Positions 1 through 9,435 of a DNA stretch of 64,000 nt are shown here, one piece after another (the first letter of the stretch is position 1; every line of letters begins with the position of its first letter). This stretch comes from Spirochaetota bacterium (GTDB lineage: Bacteria; Spirochaetota; UBA4802; UBA5550), in NCBI GenBank assembly GCA_050298055.1, contig JBNKTL010000021.1:1-64000 (forward strand). The letters run 5' to 3'. A model generated the notes under the pieces. The model made no database searches, was not told the origin of the DNA, and was given only the letters and a program-made list of their open reading frames with translations. The translations under genes and the position numbers were made by a program.

Positions 1-32
1 ATAAATAAATTTCCAGCAGTCTTGTCGGCCAT
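1..32 (-). CDS. 5' end of a gene running off the window (MADKTAGNLFI...), possibly 16S rRNA 2'-O-methyltransferase RsmI
   Basis: ATG at 32 on the minus strand. GNLFI resembles the RsmI N-terminus G-x-L-Y/F-I-V-A-T-P-I-G-N, but only about 10 codons are visible. Confidence 0.3.
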   Translation of the reverse strand, partial: MADKTAGNLF

Positions 33-116
33 AAAAAGTGTGAAGACACTCTTATTTACCTGTTTTTCAAGAGACTGCTAGTCAAAAATTATAAATCTGC
101 TATTGAAGCACATTTC

Positions 117-144
117 GTTCCGGGTTCCGGATTTCGAGTTGAAG
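117..144. repeat. Short heptamer tandem repeat (GTTCCGG-type)
   Basis: gttccgg gttccgg atttcga gttgaag; the same units recur at 13983-14034 and 15015-15056. Confidence 0.65.
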
Positions 145-271
145 ATGAAGAGGGTACTCAGTTATAGGGAGTGCAGCGTGGCTATCCTGAAGAAACAATT
201 AAATTTCACTGTACAATATACAGGTTAATTTTATATTGATTTATCGATCTATCTCAAAAGGACAGGATAGA

Positions 272-697
272 ATGCAAAAAGAATTCATTTCTGAATCAGC
301 TGATGATACCATAAAGCTCGGGATTGAGCTGGGTAAAAATGCGCGGCCGGGAGATGTATTCGCACTCTCGGGTGAGCTGGGGTGCGGCAAGACTGTCCTT
401 GCCAAGGGAATTGCCCTGGGGATGGGAATCAAAGACGAAATCACAAGCCCCACCTTCGCGCTCCTGGAGATATATGACAGTGAACCGGAACTCTATCACT
501 TCGACCTCTACAGAATTGAATCACCCGGCGAGCTTGACCAGCTCTTTTTTGAGGAGTACTGGGAGGGGGACGGGATATCCATAATCGAATGGGCTGAAAA
601 AGCAGGAAAAAGACTTCCCCGGGGAACAACATATATCAGCCTTAAATACCTTGATGAGGGAAGAAGGAGCATTAAAATTGAACAAACTACTGATTGA
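272..697 (+). CDS. tsaE: tRNA t6A37 biosynthesis ATPase TsaE
   Basis: GELGCGKT P-loop, SPTF, HFDLYR and IIEW motifs; adjacent to tsaB; ATG 272 preferred over the longer ORF start. Confidence 0.95.
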   Translation: MQKEFISESADDTIKLGIELGKNARPGDVFALSGELGCGKTVLAKGIALGMGIKDEITSPTFALLEIYDSEPELYHFDLYRIESPGELDQLFFEEYWEGDGISIIEWAEKAGKRLPRGTTYISLKYLDEGRRSIKIEQTTD

Positions 698-1361
698 TAC
701 CAGTAATGAAATCGAACTGGTTTCAGTTTCTGCAAACCACAGTATATTTGAAAGAGCAGAGGTCGTGAAGAAATCACACTCCGCCACACTGTTCAACAAC
801 ATTCAGAGTGTCCTCGAAAATGCCGGCCTGGCAATCGGTGATATTCAGCTCATAAGCGTCGGTGTGGGACCGGGATCATTTACCGGTATTAGAATTGCAG
901 TTTCAACCGCGCGAATGCTCGCCCAGCTTTTAGATGTTCCGCTGGCAGGTATAAAAACACAACTGATATATGCTTCATCTGTGAGTGCCCTCGAGAATGA
1001 AAATATTCTGGTTGCGTTTGACGCAAAGAAGCAGAGAGTTTTCGGCGCCCTCTACAGGAGAGGAAAAAGCCCCGGGGAAAACAGGGAAATAGTTCCTCCC
1101 GGAGACTATCCCATGGAGTACCTGGCCGAAAGGGCGGACAGGGACCACACCACACACCTTACGGGCAGCGGTTCATTTAAATACATGAATACTATTAAAG
1201 AAAAACTGAAAGACCCCGTTTACCATGAAGATTTTCTGCCTTCGGGCCGGATTGCACTTGAAATAATAGAAGAAGAGTACACAGGAAATCCCGGTTCCTA
1301 CAGCAGAATAACCAAAACAGTTCCCTTCTATGCAAGAAAATCCGATGCGGAGCTTGGATAA
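678..1361 (+). CDS. tsaB: tRNA t6A37 biosynthesis protein TsaB
   Basis: LLIDTS start, HS motif, GPGSFTGIRI, FDAKK, C-terminal PFYARKSDAE; TTG 678 follows AAGGAG. Confidence 0.93.
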   Translation: MNKLLIDTSNEIELVSVSANHSIFERAEVVKKSHSATLFNNIQSVLENAGLAIGDIQLISVGVGPGSFTGIRIAVSTARMLAQLLDVPLAGIKTQLIYASSVSALENENILVAFDAKKQRVFGALYRRGKSPGENREIVPPGDYPMEYLAERADRDHTTHLTGSGSFKYMNTIKEKLKDPVYHEDFLPSGRIALEIIEEEYTGNPGSYSRITKTVPFYARKSDAELG

Positions 1362-2534
1362 CTACCTGTTCCTTGATTTAAGTGACTTAATAAGCTTCGC
1401 TTTGTAATCAGATTCCATGGGCTTGATAATAGAGTAGAACCTCTTCATTTCATCTTTTCTTGATGAATTTCCTTCAAAGTCAACTCCTACCTGAAGCTCG
1501 CCTTCAACATTCTGTGTAGCCTTGATATCGCCATAAATTGTTATTGGCGCCTGCAGCTTAAAAACGATATCAAAAATAAAACCCTTGGATTTAAGAATAG
1601 ACTTTTTCAATTCGGGATCAGTTATCCTGAGCTTTGCCCCTCCCCTGCTGATGTCAAGAATATGTTGATGAACCGGAAGAAAAACAGTATTGGCATCCCT
1701 TATCCTGTCAACAAGCCTGAAAGTTTCCTCCTTGAGATCTACGACCTTTCCCAGTTCAAAGTTCTCTGTTTTGGAGATGAGCTGTATATAGGCAAAAGGT
1801 ATTGATTTTTCATTTTCGGTGATATAGATTATTGGTACGATAATAATTGATTTATACCCTTTCTGGGTATTTATTTTAATAAATTTGTTTAAATCGTTAC
1901 CCAGAACATCCTGAAGGTCGACAAAATCTTCCGTCATTGGGACATAAGAACTTTCATCCGTTGCGTCCTGAATATAGAGAGTCCTGCATGTCTTCTTTAT
2001 GTTCATTAATATCTGGTTTTTATCCTCAGATGAGAATACATCCACCTTCAGGATATCACCGAGCCGTGAATTTGATGTCTGAAACTGGTCAAGGACTACC
2101 TTTATACTTGTGGGAATTTTCAGGTTTGAGACATCAATGGTATGCTTGGATATTTTGAAGTTAGTTGCGACAACCTCTTCCGGTGTGACCCTGAAGCGAA
2201 TATCTCTTCTTCCCTGCGCGGCCCTTCTCCCCGATATGATTTTACAGTGAAAATATCCCGGGCCTTTCTCTTCCAGAAGCTCCAGGTCAACCTCAACATA
2301 CTTGTCTGAAAGTCCGTAAATACTGAAAGTCTTTTCCGGCTTAAAGGTGGGTTCTGTACCCATAATCAGTGTCTGGTCATCAAGGAATTCGTTGATGAGT
2401 ATCTCGGTCTTATCCACAGTATACCTGACATACAACTTGCGGCCTACAAATTTTGTCTGCAGGATATCAAAAACCTCATTTACAGACTGAAGATCATTAA
2501 ATCCACGCTGCTTTCTCTGAGTAACCTTGTCCAA
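1362..2534 (-). CDS. DUF1577-like / PilZ-domain protein (putative c-di-GMP receptor)
   Basis: RRDIRF (RxxxR) and DISRGG (DxSxxG) PilZ motifs separated by a GAF-like insert; resembles the Leptospira DUF1577 family. Confidence 0.7.
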   Translation of the reverse strand: MDKVTQRKQRGFNDLQSVNEVFDILQTKFVGRKLYVRYTVDKTEILINEFLDDQTLIMGTEPTFKPEKTFSIYGLSDKYVEVDLELLEEKGPGYFHCKIISGRRAAQGRRDIRFRVTPEEVVATNFKISKHTIDVSNLKIPTSIKVVLDQFQTSNSRLGDILKVDVFSSEDKNQILMNIKKTCRTLYIQDATDESSYVPMTEDFVDLQDVLGNDLNKFIKINTQKGYKSIIIVPIIYITENEKSIPFAYIQLISKTENFELGKVVDLKEETFRLVDRIRDANTVFLPVHQHILDISRGGAKLRITDPELKKSILKSKGFIFDIVFKLQAPITIYGDIKATQNVEGELQVGVDFEGNSSRKDEMKRFYSIIKPMESDYKAKLIKSLKSRNR

Positions 2535-2588
2535 TTAAAACCTCTATTTCCTGTATAGATCTGCTCTTTGAGTAATTACTCTGTTTTT

Positions 2589-2728
2589 GTAACTACTCAG
2601 TTATATGGCGATAATCAACTTATTGACTAAAATATTAACAATACGTCACCGACGCCTTCGGTGGCGGGGACATACCTGTTATCTTTTTTATTGAATATGA
2701 TTATTTTTATACATTGTTAAGTAATTAC
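2589..2728. mobile_element. MITE-like palindromic element, GTAACTACTCAG family (copy 1)
   Basis: Left end GTAACTACTCAGTTATATGG; degenerate right end TACATTGTTAAGTAATTAC; interior GC hairpin homologous to the copy at 28905-29040. Confidence 0.65.
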
Positions 2729-2977
2729 TTGTTTTTTTATACCTGAATAGTATCAAATAATGTAATTTATCATATTGAAAAAATAAAAATCAATAACTTT
2801 TATGCTTACTCAATAATATATGTCAATTTAATTCTCATATTAAATATCTATTATTATACCTCTCTTAAATATCGATATTAAAATTGTAAATCTGAAGTGA
2901 TTTAATCCCTGATTTTCATTAAGTCCGTTCAAGCATCTTCTCCTGCTCTTTATAACCATACAACCCAGGTTATCAAT

Positions 2978-3004
2978 AAAAAAAAGAGGGAATCATCCCT
3001 CTTT
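2978..3004 (-). terminator. Rho-independent terminator of the basic protein gene
   Basis: AAAGAGGGA-ATCA-TCCCTCTTT hairpin followed by an 8-T tract on the minus strand. Confidence 0.8.
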
Positions 3005-3043
3005 CAAGTAATAAAAACAGATTAAAAATGCAGCTGGAATAAG

Positions 3044-3268
3044 TTATTTCTTTTTTTTCTTTGCTTTTGGCTTGGCTTTCGGCTTGCTCTTTGCTTTTGC
3101 CTTAGCTTTTGCTTTAGCAGCCGCTTCAGCTTTCTTTGCGGCGGGTAATGCCTTTTCAAGTTTTTTTACATCTGCAGTTGCCGTACTAAGCTCTTTAGTT
3201 AACTTCTTAACTTTCTCTTTCTTCCTCTTCAATGCGCTTTCAATTTGTTTTACTGACTGGCCTTTCAT
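3044..3268 (-). CDS. Small Lys/Ala-rich histone H1-like basic protein (74 aa)
   Basis: GAGGT RBS before ATG 3268; 28 of 74 residues are Lys; AKAK/PKAK tail; own terminator. Confidence 0.75.
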   Translation of the reverse strand: MKGQSVKQIESALKRKKEKVKKLTKELSTATADVKKLEKALPAAKKAEAAAKAKAKAKAKSKPKAKPKAKKKKK

Positions 3269-3485
3269 TGATAATAACACCTCGGTTATGAAATTTTTTT
3301 CACTCTTAAAAGTAATAGTAAAAGTTAATTAATATTATTGCAAGAAAAAAAAAATTTTTTTTATTTTTAACAACTGTTAAAATATAAATAATTAATAAGA
3401 ATAAATTAAATTGTATAAAATATTTTATCAAAATCATTTTCGCATAACTTTTGTTATAATATATATTATTGAAGTTTGTTCCAGG

Positions 3486-3783
3486 GGAACGACTCAGCTA
3501 TATGTCAACAACTAATAAGTCTGTCATCCCGGCCGAAGCGAAGCGGAGAGCCGTGATCCATGTTAAGTTATCAGTAATATTCTATACATTTACAATTACG
3601 TATTAAATATATGGATTCCCGTTTTCACGGGAATGACACCAATACAAAATTTTTAGCAATAGCTGAGTAGTTACAGTATTATTATAAATTTCAATAGAAT
3701 CTCCCCTCCACCCTGGCAGAGGGGACATGTAATTTATATTCTTCCATGAATATGATTATCCTGAAATATAACTGAGTCGTTGC
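3486..3783. mobile_element. Composite MITE-like element, GTAACTACTCAG family (copy 2), with two right ends and nested REP-like palindromes
   Basis: Left AACGACTCAGCTATATG; right ends ATAGCTGAGTAGTTAC (ends 3674) and ATATAACTGAGTCGTTGC (ends 3783); interior TGTCATCCCG...GATCCA / TGGATTCCCG...CGGGAATGACA pair. Confidence 0.7.
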
Positions 3784-3880
3784 GTTTCTGGTTAATAATA
3801 GCTTGACTCATTTCAGGGGTTTCCATATTTATTCAGTAATAATTCCTTAACGCATTCTCTCATAAAATATTTTAAGATTT

Positions 3881-4080
3881 GCCACGAAGGCACAGAAAAG
3901 AGGGGAGAAGAAGAAGAGGAAGAAAAGCATTTCATACGAAACGCACAAAGGTCACGAAGGATTTGTAAATGATAAGTGATAAATCTTGAATGTTAAATTG
4001 AAAAAAGTCTATTCAATGAATTAAAAACTTAAAATTTAACATTAAATATAAACTTCGTGTCTTTCATGATCTTTGTGGTT
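3881..4080. repeat. Nested palindromic repeat element (nonamer-type outer arms, heptamer-type inner arms)
   Basis: CACAAAGGTCACGAAG ... CTTCGTGTCTTTCATGATCTTTGTGG outer arms around AATGTTAAATT / AATTTAACATT inner arms. Confidence 0.65.
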
Positions 4081-4111
4081 AAAAAATTAAAAGTAAGCAT
4101 AGTAAAATCAA

Positions 4112-5440
4112 ATGCCAAAAAAACTTCCCATAGTAACGATTGTAGGCAGACAGAATGTCGGAAAGTCCACATTGTTCAATTCAATAATAAAACAGAAGCG
4201 GGCAATAGTCGATCCCCTTCCCGGGCTTACACGGGACGTGATACAGTATGATGTGGAATATAACTCCATCCACTTTACTCTCTCGGATACACCGGGACTG
4301 GACCTTTCAAGCTCATCGGAACTCTCAGAACCTATTCTCCGGAACGCACGGGAACACCTGGAAAGGTCTTCCGTGATACTTCTTCTTATGGAAAATCCCT
4401 CACCCGGGTCTTTTGACATCGACCTGGCTGACATCATAAGAAAACTCTCACTTCCCACTATTATTGCCGTCAATAAAATGGACGACAGCCAGAAGCTTCT
4501 TAATATGGCCAACTTCTATGAAACCGGTTTTAATGAGCTCATACCTGTTTCCGCGTTAAACCGGTTCAACATAAAACTTCTTATGGAGAGCATTGTCCAC
4601 CTCCTCCCCCAAAGCAGCGGGAAAGGAAGAAAACCGGACATCAGCCTTGCCATCGTGGGAAGGCCTAATTCGGGTAAATCAACACTTCTCAACTCATTTA
4701 CCGGCTTCAACAGGTCGGTTGTTTCCGATATTCCGGGCACCACAAGAGATTCCGTTGACGAAGACTTTACCTATCACAAAAAGCTGGTAAGGATCATCGA
4801 CACCGCGGGAATAAGGAAGAAGAGCAGGATCAAGGAAGACGTTGAGTTTTACTCATTTACCCGGACCCAAAATTCCGTTGAGAAATCTGATGTTGTTATC
4901 CATATAATCGACGCAGAGGCCGGGCTCACCGATACGGACAAAAAGATATCAGACGAGATCATGAAAGCCCGGAAGCCGATAATCATCGCAATAAATAAAT
5001 GGGACAAGATTGAAAAGGACCACAACACCTTCAACAGGTTCAGGGATAAGCTGGTCTATAGTTTCTACCGGGCCGAAGATTTCCCCATACTATCGGTATC
5101 CGCCAGGGAGAAGCTCCGGATCAACAAAATTCTCGATACGGCCTTTGAACTGAAAGAGAGGGCCAACAGGAAAATCAGCACGCCTCTGCTCAACAAAATT
5201 GTCGCAGAGCTCCAAAAACCGGGAAGGATACCCCAGCTGGGAAGCAGGTTGAGGGTCTACTACGCGGTGCAGACCGATACCATTCCTCCGGAATTCAAGT
5301 TTTTTGTGAATAACCCCGACCTTTTCAGGCGTGAAATTATCCGCTACTTCGAAAAGAACCTCCAGAAGGAACTTGACCTCAAGGGAATTCCCATTATTAT
5401 CCACATTGAGGGAAAGAAAAAAAGAAAGAGCTCGTGCTGA
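4112..5440 (+). CDS. der: Ribosome biogenesis GTPase Der (EngA)
   Basis: Two tandem GTPase domains (GRQNVGKS, GRPNSGKS, TRD, DTPG/DTAG, NKMD/NKWD) and a KH-like C-terminus. Confidence 0.97.
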   Translation: MPKKLPIVTIVGRQNVGKSTLFNSIIKQKRAIVDPLPGLTRDVIQYDVEYNSIHFTLSDTPGLDLSSSSELSEPILRNAREHLERSSVILLLMENPSPGSFDIDLADIIRKLSLPTIIAVNKMDDSQKLLNMANFYETGFNELIPVSALNRFNIKLLMESIVHLLPQSSGKGRKPDISLAIVGRPNSGKSTLLNSFTGFNRSVVSDIPGTTRDSVDEDFTYHKKLVRIIDTAGIRKKSRIKEDVEFYSFTRTQNSVEKSDVVIHIIDAEAGLTDTDKKISDEIMKARKPIIIAINKWDKIEKDHNTFNRFRDKLVYSFYRAEDFPILSVSAREKLRINKILDTAFELKERANRKISTPLLNKIVAELQKPGRIPQLGSRLRVYYAVQTDTIPPEFKFFVNNPDLFRREIIRYFEKNLQKELDLKGIPIIIHIEGKKKRKSSC

Positions 5441-5506
5441 GCCCGCATGATTTTGTACTCAGCAGTTAACCAATTACGATTAGTTAAAAATCACGCAGTC
5501 GAAGTG

Positions 5507-6109
5507 CTAGATCTTTACACGCCCCTTTATTGATTTGATAATTGTCGCGGAATCGGTATATTCCAGGTCCGCCCCAACAGGGAGACCATGAGCAATCCGT
5601 GTAACCAGTACGCCTGTGCTCCTTAAAATATCTGAAAGATAGAGGGATGTTGCGTCACCCTCTACCGTGGGATTGAGAGCAAGGATGATTTCCCTGACAG
5701 CGCCGCCGGAACACCTCTCCAGGAGAGAACGTATGTTGAGGTCCTCGGGCCCGATCCCGTCCAGGGGGGAGAGGACTCCCATGAGCACATGATAAAGCCC
5801 CCTGTACTCACCGGTACTCTCAATGATAAGAATGTCCCTGGCATTCTCAACCACACAGACAGTTTCCCTGTCCCTCTTCTCATCGAGACAGATTGAGCAG
5901 GTATCGCCGTCAGAGATGCCGCCGCAGATTCCGCAGGTGACGATGTTCTCCTTGAGTTCAATAATGGAGCGGACCAGCCTGCGGGCATTCTCCTCTTCCA
6001 TGTTCAGGATATGGAAGGCGAGCCGTGAGGCGCTCTTTCTGCCGATACCGGGCAGACCCGACAGTTCATCCATGAGGTCATCCAGGTATTTTGAAGGATT
6101 TTTCATCAT
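5507..6109 (-). CDS. recR: Recombination mediator RecR
   Basis: LPGIGRKSA HhH, C4 zinc finger, TOPRIM domain (VVE, EGDAT). Confidence 0.97.
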   Translation of the reverse strand: MMKNPSKYLDDLMDELSGLPGIGRKSASRLAFHILNMEEENARRLVRSIIELKENIVTCGICGGISDGDTCSICLDEKRDRETVCVVENARDILIIESTGEYRGLYHVLMGVLSPLDGIGPEDLNIRSLLERCSGGAVREIILALNPTVEGDATSLYLSDILRSTGVLVTRIAHGLPVGADLEYTDSATIIKSIKGRVKI

Positions 6110-6148
6110 AAAATCAGGACCCGCTCAACCTGTGAACCGGCAGTTCCC

Positions 6149-6463
6149 TTATTTCATAAAACTGGAGAGGTCCATGCCTCCCGTGATTTTTGCCATCTCC
6201 TTTGCGGATTGGTCTTTCATCCTCTCCACCGCGTCGTTCACGGCGAAGAGAATATTTTTTTCTATCTTCTTTGGCTCGCTGTTTTTCACAAAATCGGGGT
6301 CCAGTTTAATGTCAAGAAGCTGGAACTCACCGTTCACCACGGCCTTTACGGACTCGTCAGCAGTCCCGCCCTCGGCAGAGGACTTCTTCAGTTTCTTCTG
6401 GATATTTTTCATCTCCTTCTGCATCTTCATAAGGTTGCCAAGATCACCCAGTCCTTTAAGCAT
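6149..6463 (-). CDS. ybaB: YbaB/EbfC family nucleoid-associated protein
   Basis: Family-like sequence in the canonical dnaX-ybaB-recR context. Confidence 0.92.
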   Translation of the reverse strand: MLKGLGDLGNLMKMQKEMKNIQKKLKKSSAEGGTADESVKAVVNGEFQLLDIKLDPDFVKNSEPKKIEKNILFAVNDAVERMKDQSAKEMAKITGGMDLSSFMK

Positions 6464-6464
6464 A

Positions 6465-8126
6465 TTATTCTCCTTTTTTTACCTCTTCCCCATGGAATAC
6501 ACTTTTTATTTTTTCCACTGCAGGATCTCTCTCCCCGGCATCTCCTTCCTTTTTACCGGATTTGTCAGTGTGAGGTATATCTTCCTTCATTGAGGAACTA
6601 TTTTCTTTTTTAAAATTTGTTTCTTCCTTATCCTCTTCCCGGATAATAACATCAACGTCATGTCCCGTCAAGCGGGAGATGCTGCTCTTTATAAAATTAA
6701 TCTTTTCCCTGTCAAGAACTCTCCTGTTAATCGAAGACTTGCTGCTGTCCAGCGCCTTCAGGACGATACTCCTCTCCTCAAAGATCACATCTGCCTGTTT
6801 CAGGAGATAAAAGAGGTACCTGTCCTCGTTGTGCAGGGTGGCGTAAAATGATTTCCATGCCTCCCTCAGGTCAGTTGCCCTCCCGGGCGGACCGGTCTCT
6901 TCATCCTTTATTACAGACGGAGGTTCAGCTGCCGTTTTTTTTTCACCGGGAGGCATCATTTCATGGGCAACCACAAGGTTTTCCTCCTCCAGCTTTTTCA
7001 GTATTGCCGCAACGGAGGGGGACTTCTTAACGGCTATCATGTCAAGGAGGGCCATCTCCAGGTTGATCCTCGGGTTGCCCGAAAACTTCAATCCCCTGGA
7101 CAGATCATCCGCCAGGCCGAAGATGAGAGAAAGTTCTTCATCGGTGAAGTTTCCCGCCATGTCCGCCAGTGTCCGTGATTCCTCCAGGGAAAGGCCAAGG
7201 AGTGAATTCACCGATATCCCGTTCTTTACCAGCCGGAGGGCCCTTACAATATCCATAAACCCCTCGATATAGCGTGAGATATCACCGCCGGATGTGACCA
7301 CCCTGTCAATCTCGTCGATAACGGCAATGGTATCCAGCCCGGCAATGGAATCGAGAAGATTCATGTAGCTGTCCAGGGGGATAACACCGAGGATGGCGAG
7401 GATCTCCTCTTCACTGATCCCGGTCCCCTCATCCCCTCTCCCGGAAAAGGCAATCACCTGGTCAAGGAGTGACTGGGCGTCCCTCATGGAACCGTCCGCG
7501 GCCCGTGCAATGGGATAGAGGGCGTTCTCCGATATCCCGTATCCCTCGCTCTCCACGATCATCTTCAGATGTTCCACAATAGGTTCAACAGGTATCATCT
7601 TGAAGAAATACTTCTGGCACCGTGAGGCTATTGTCTCCGGGATCTTATGGAACTCTGTTGTGGCGAATATAAATTTGGCATGGGGGGGAGGTTCTTCAAG
7701 GGTCTTGAGGAGGGCGTTAAACCCCTCACGGGTGACCATGTGGACCTCATCGATGATATATATCTTGTACCTCGACTTCACCGGGGCGAAATTGACATTC
7801 TCACGGAGTTCCCTGATGTCATCGATCCCCCTGTTGGAGGCGCCGTCGATCTCCATGACATCGAAGGAATTTCCCGCCGTGATTTCCCTGCAGTTATCGC
7901 AGGAATCACAGGGCCGGGGCCCTTTCTCACCCGTGCAGTTGAGGGCCTTGGCAAGGATCCTCGCCATGGTGGTTTTCCCCACGCCCCGGGGCCCGGAGAA
8001 GAGATACGCGTGATAGATCCTGCCGTTTGCCAGGCTGTTCTGCAGGGTCTTTGAGATATGGTCCTGGTAGACGACTTCATCAAAGTTCCGGGGACGCCAT
8101 TTTCTGGCAATGACCTGGTATGACAT
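6465..8126 (-). CDS. dnaX: DNA polymerase III subunit gamma/tau
   Basis: ARKWRP, GPRGVGKTT, IDEVHM, SRCQ, GSMRDA motifs. Confidence 0.97.
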   Translation of the reverse strand: MSYQVIARKWRPRNFDEVVYQDHISKTLQNSLANGRIYHAYLFSGPRGVGKTTMARILAKALNCTGEKGPRPCDSCDNCREITAGNSFDVMEIDGASNRGIDDIRELRENVNFAPVKSRYKIYIIDEVHMVTREGFNALLKTLEEPPPHAKFIFATTEFHKIPETIASRCQKYFFKMIPVEPIVEHLKMIVESEGYGISENALYPIARAADGSMRDAQSLLDQVIAFSGRGDEGTGISEEEILAILGVIPLDSYMNLLDSIAGLDTIAVIDEIDRVVTSGGDISRYIEGFMDIVRALRLVKNGISVNSLLGLSLEESRTLADMAGNFTDEELSLIFGLADDLSRGLKFSGNPRINLEMALLDMIAVKKSPSVAAILKKLEEENLVVAHEMMPPGEKKTAAEPPSVIKDEETGPPGRATDLREAWKSFYATLHNEDRYLFYLLKQADVIFEERSIVLKALDSSKSSINRRVLDREKINFIKSSISRLTGHDVDVIIREEDKEETNFKKENSSSMKEDIPHTDKSGKKEGDAGERDPAVEKIKSVFHGEEVKKGE

Positions 8127-8155
8127 TTATGGTCCTTTTATTAGAAAAGTTGGTT

Positions 8156-8240
8156 CGGAGAAGGGGGGATTCGAACCCCCGGTAACTTGCGCTACACACG
8201 GTTTCCAACCGTGCTCCTTCGGCCTCTCGGACACCTCTCC
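8156..8240 (-). tRNA. tRNA-Ser (GGA)
   Basis: GGAGAGG/CTTCTCC acceptor stem, CACGG-TTGGAAA-CCGTG anticodon arm, long variable arm, GGTTCGAATCC T-loop; CCA not encoded. Confidence 0.95.
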
Positions 8241-8358
8241 CGGCTTTTGCGGCCATAAGATTACTTCTTAAAGATATTGATATTTGTAAAGTCTTTTCTT
8301 TAGAAAAGTTAAAGTCATTTTTTTATGGATACTTCAAAATAATATCGAACGCGATAGT

Positions 8359-8781
8359 TTATTTGAATAGTGTCTTAAATTCTGTTCGTCCAACCAGGAA
8401 GGAAATAGCAATGATATAAAGCAAAGTACTCAGCAATATAAAACCCATATAATCATGGTAATGCTTATACACAGTTGTACCGCCAAGTAAAATCCGTTTC
8501 AAGAGATAAATAAACAGTATTATCCCTGCCAACCCCCCTGTTACCGTAATTAATTGAATATACACACCGGCCAGCGAACCGATATCATGAACCAGTGATG
8601 TTTTCCCGACGACCAGAGAACCGGTCACAAAAAAAACAAATCCCCCGCCTGACAGGGTATATATTAATTGTGTTTTTGTTACTCTCTGGTTTTTCATATA
8701 ATCAACAATACGAATAATAAATCCGGCCCATGCGATTAAACATGCCAGCATCGATGCGATGAGAACTATTTTACCTAACAT
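8359..8781 (-). CDS. Hypothetical integral membrane protein (about 4 TM)
   Basis: GGGAGGG RBS before ATG 8781; four hydrophobic segments. Confidence 0.65.
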   Translation of the reverse strand: MLGKIVLIASMLACLIAWAGFIIRIVDYMKNQRVTKTQLIYTLSGGGFVFFVTGSLVVGKTSLVHDIGSLAGVYIQLITVTGGLAGIILFIYLLKRILLGGTTVYKHYHDYMGFILLSTLLYIIAISFLVGRTEFKTLFK

Positions 8782-8858
8782 AGACAATCCCTCCCCCCGG
8801 GTTTTCGGAAATAAATTTACACAGAAACATATATGACACGTAACTTCTGAATGATTAA

Positions 8859-9290
8859 TCAACTGATAATATAATCCGCCGCGGTACTTGCCGCAAAGGC
8901 CTCCGGTTTGATCCGGCAGTTAAGTCCCTGCCCCTTCACATAACCCATTGCCGCGTTGAGGACCTTATTGCTTGCATAGCTTGGATCGGGATTGATGTCC
9001 AGGTGCACTTCGAAACGCCTGCCCTCAACCACATGCTGTACCCGCGTGGCGCAGAGCACCGCGTGCTCCACCTCCTTCATGAGCCTCTCCTTTATTCCCA
9101 TGCGCCTCTCCTCCTTCATCTTATCGGCAAAACACATTCCGCCCTTGGCAGAATCGAGATGAAGAATAACAACGAGACCAAAAATAGTGTGGGGACCGGA
9201 AAGCCGGGAATCGCACCCGATGTAGATGGAACTGGTAGTGGAAAGATTTTTAATTGTGGAGATAACAGTATCGTAGCAGAGCTTTCTCAT
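8859..9290 (-). CDS. Ribonuclease H-like YkuK (DUF458) family protein
   Basis: IYIGCDS, RLMKEV, EVHLDIN, IKPEAFAASTAAD motifs. Confidence 0.85.
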   Translation of the reverse strand: MRKLCYDTVISTIKNLSTTSSIYIGCDSRLSGPHTIFGLVVILHLDSAKGGMCFADKMKEERRMGIKERLMKEVEHAVLCATRVQHVVEGRRFEVHLDINPDPSYASNKVLNAAMGYVKGQGLNCRIKPEAFAASTAADYIIS

Positions 9291-9435
9291 GGCGAGCCCC
9301 CTGTAACGACATGTATTCTCTTCCGTCTATATTGGACAAATGAACTGAATGCAGTATACTCTCCTTATGTTTATCATGTTAATTGCCAGATATTAATTTA
9401 TACGATAATTTTGTCAATTAATAAGTTATTTTATC

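Noticed and set aside
5823..6593. 256-aa + strand ORF and similar antisense ORFs (12026-12763, 16015-16839, those over dnaK, katG and the radical SAM genes)
   Set aside because: They fully overlap well-supported genes on the opposite strand and have no recognisable features.
8156..9300. Integrative element at tRNA-Ser, or SRP RNA upstream of dnaX
   Set aside because: No integrase and no duplicated tRNA 3' end were seen. Only about 30 bp separate the tRNA from dnaX, with no SRP motif.
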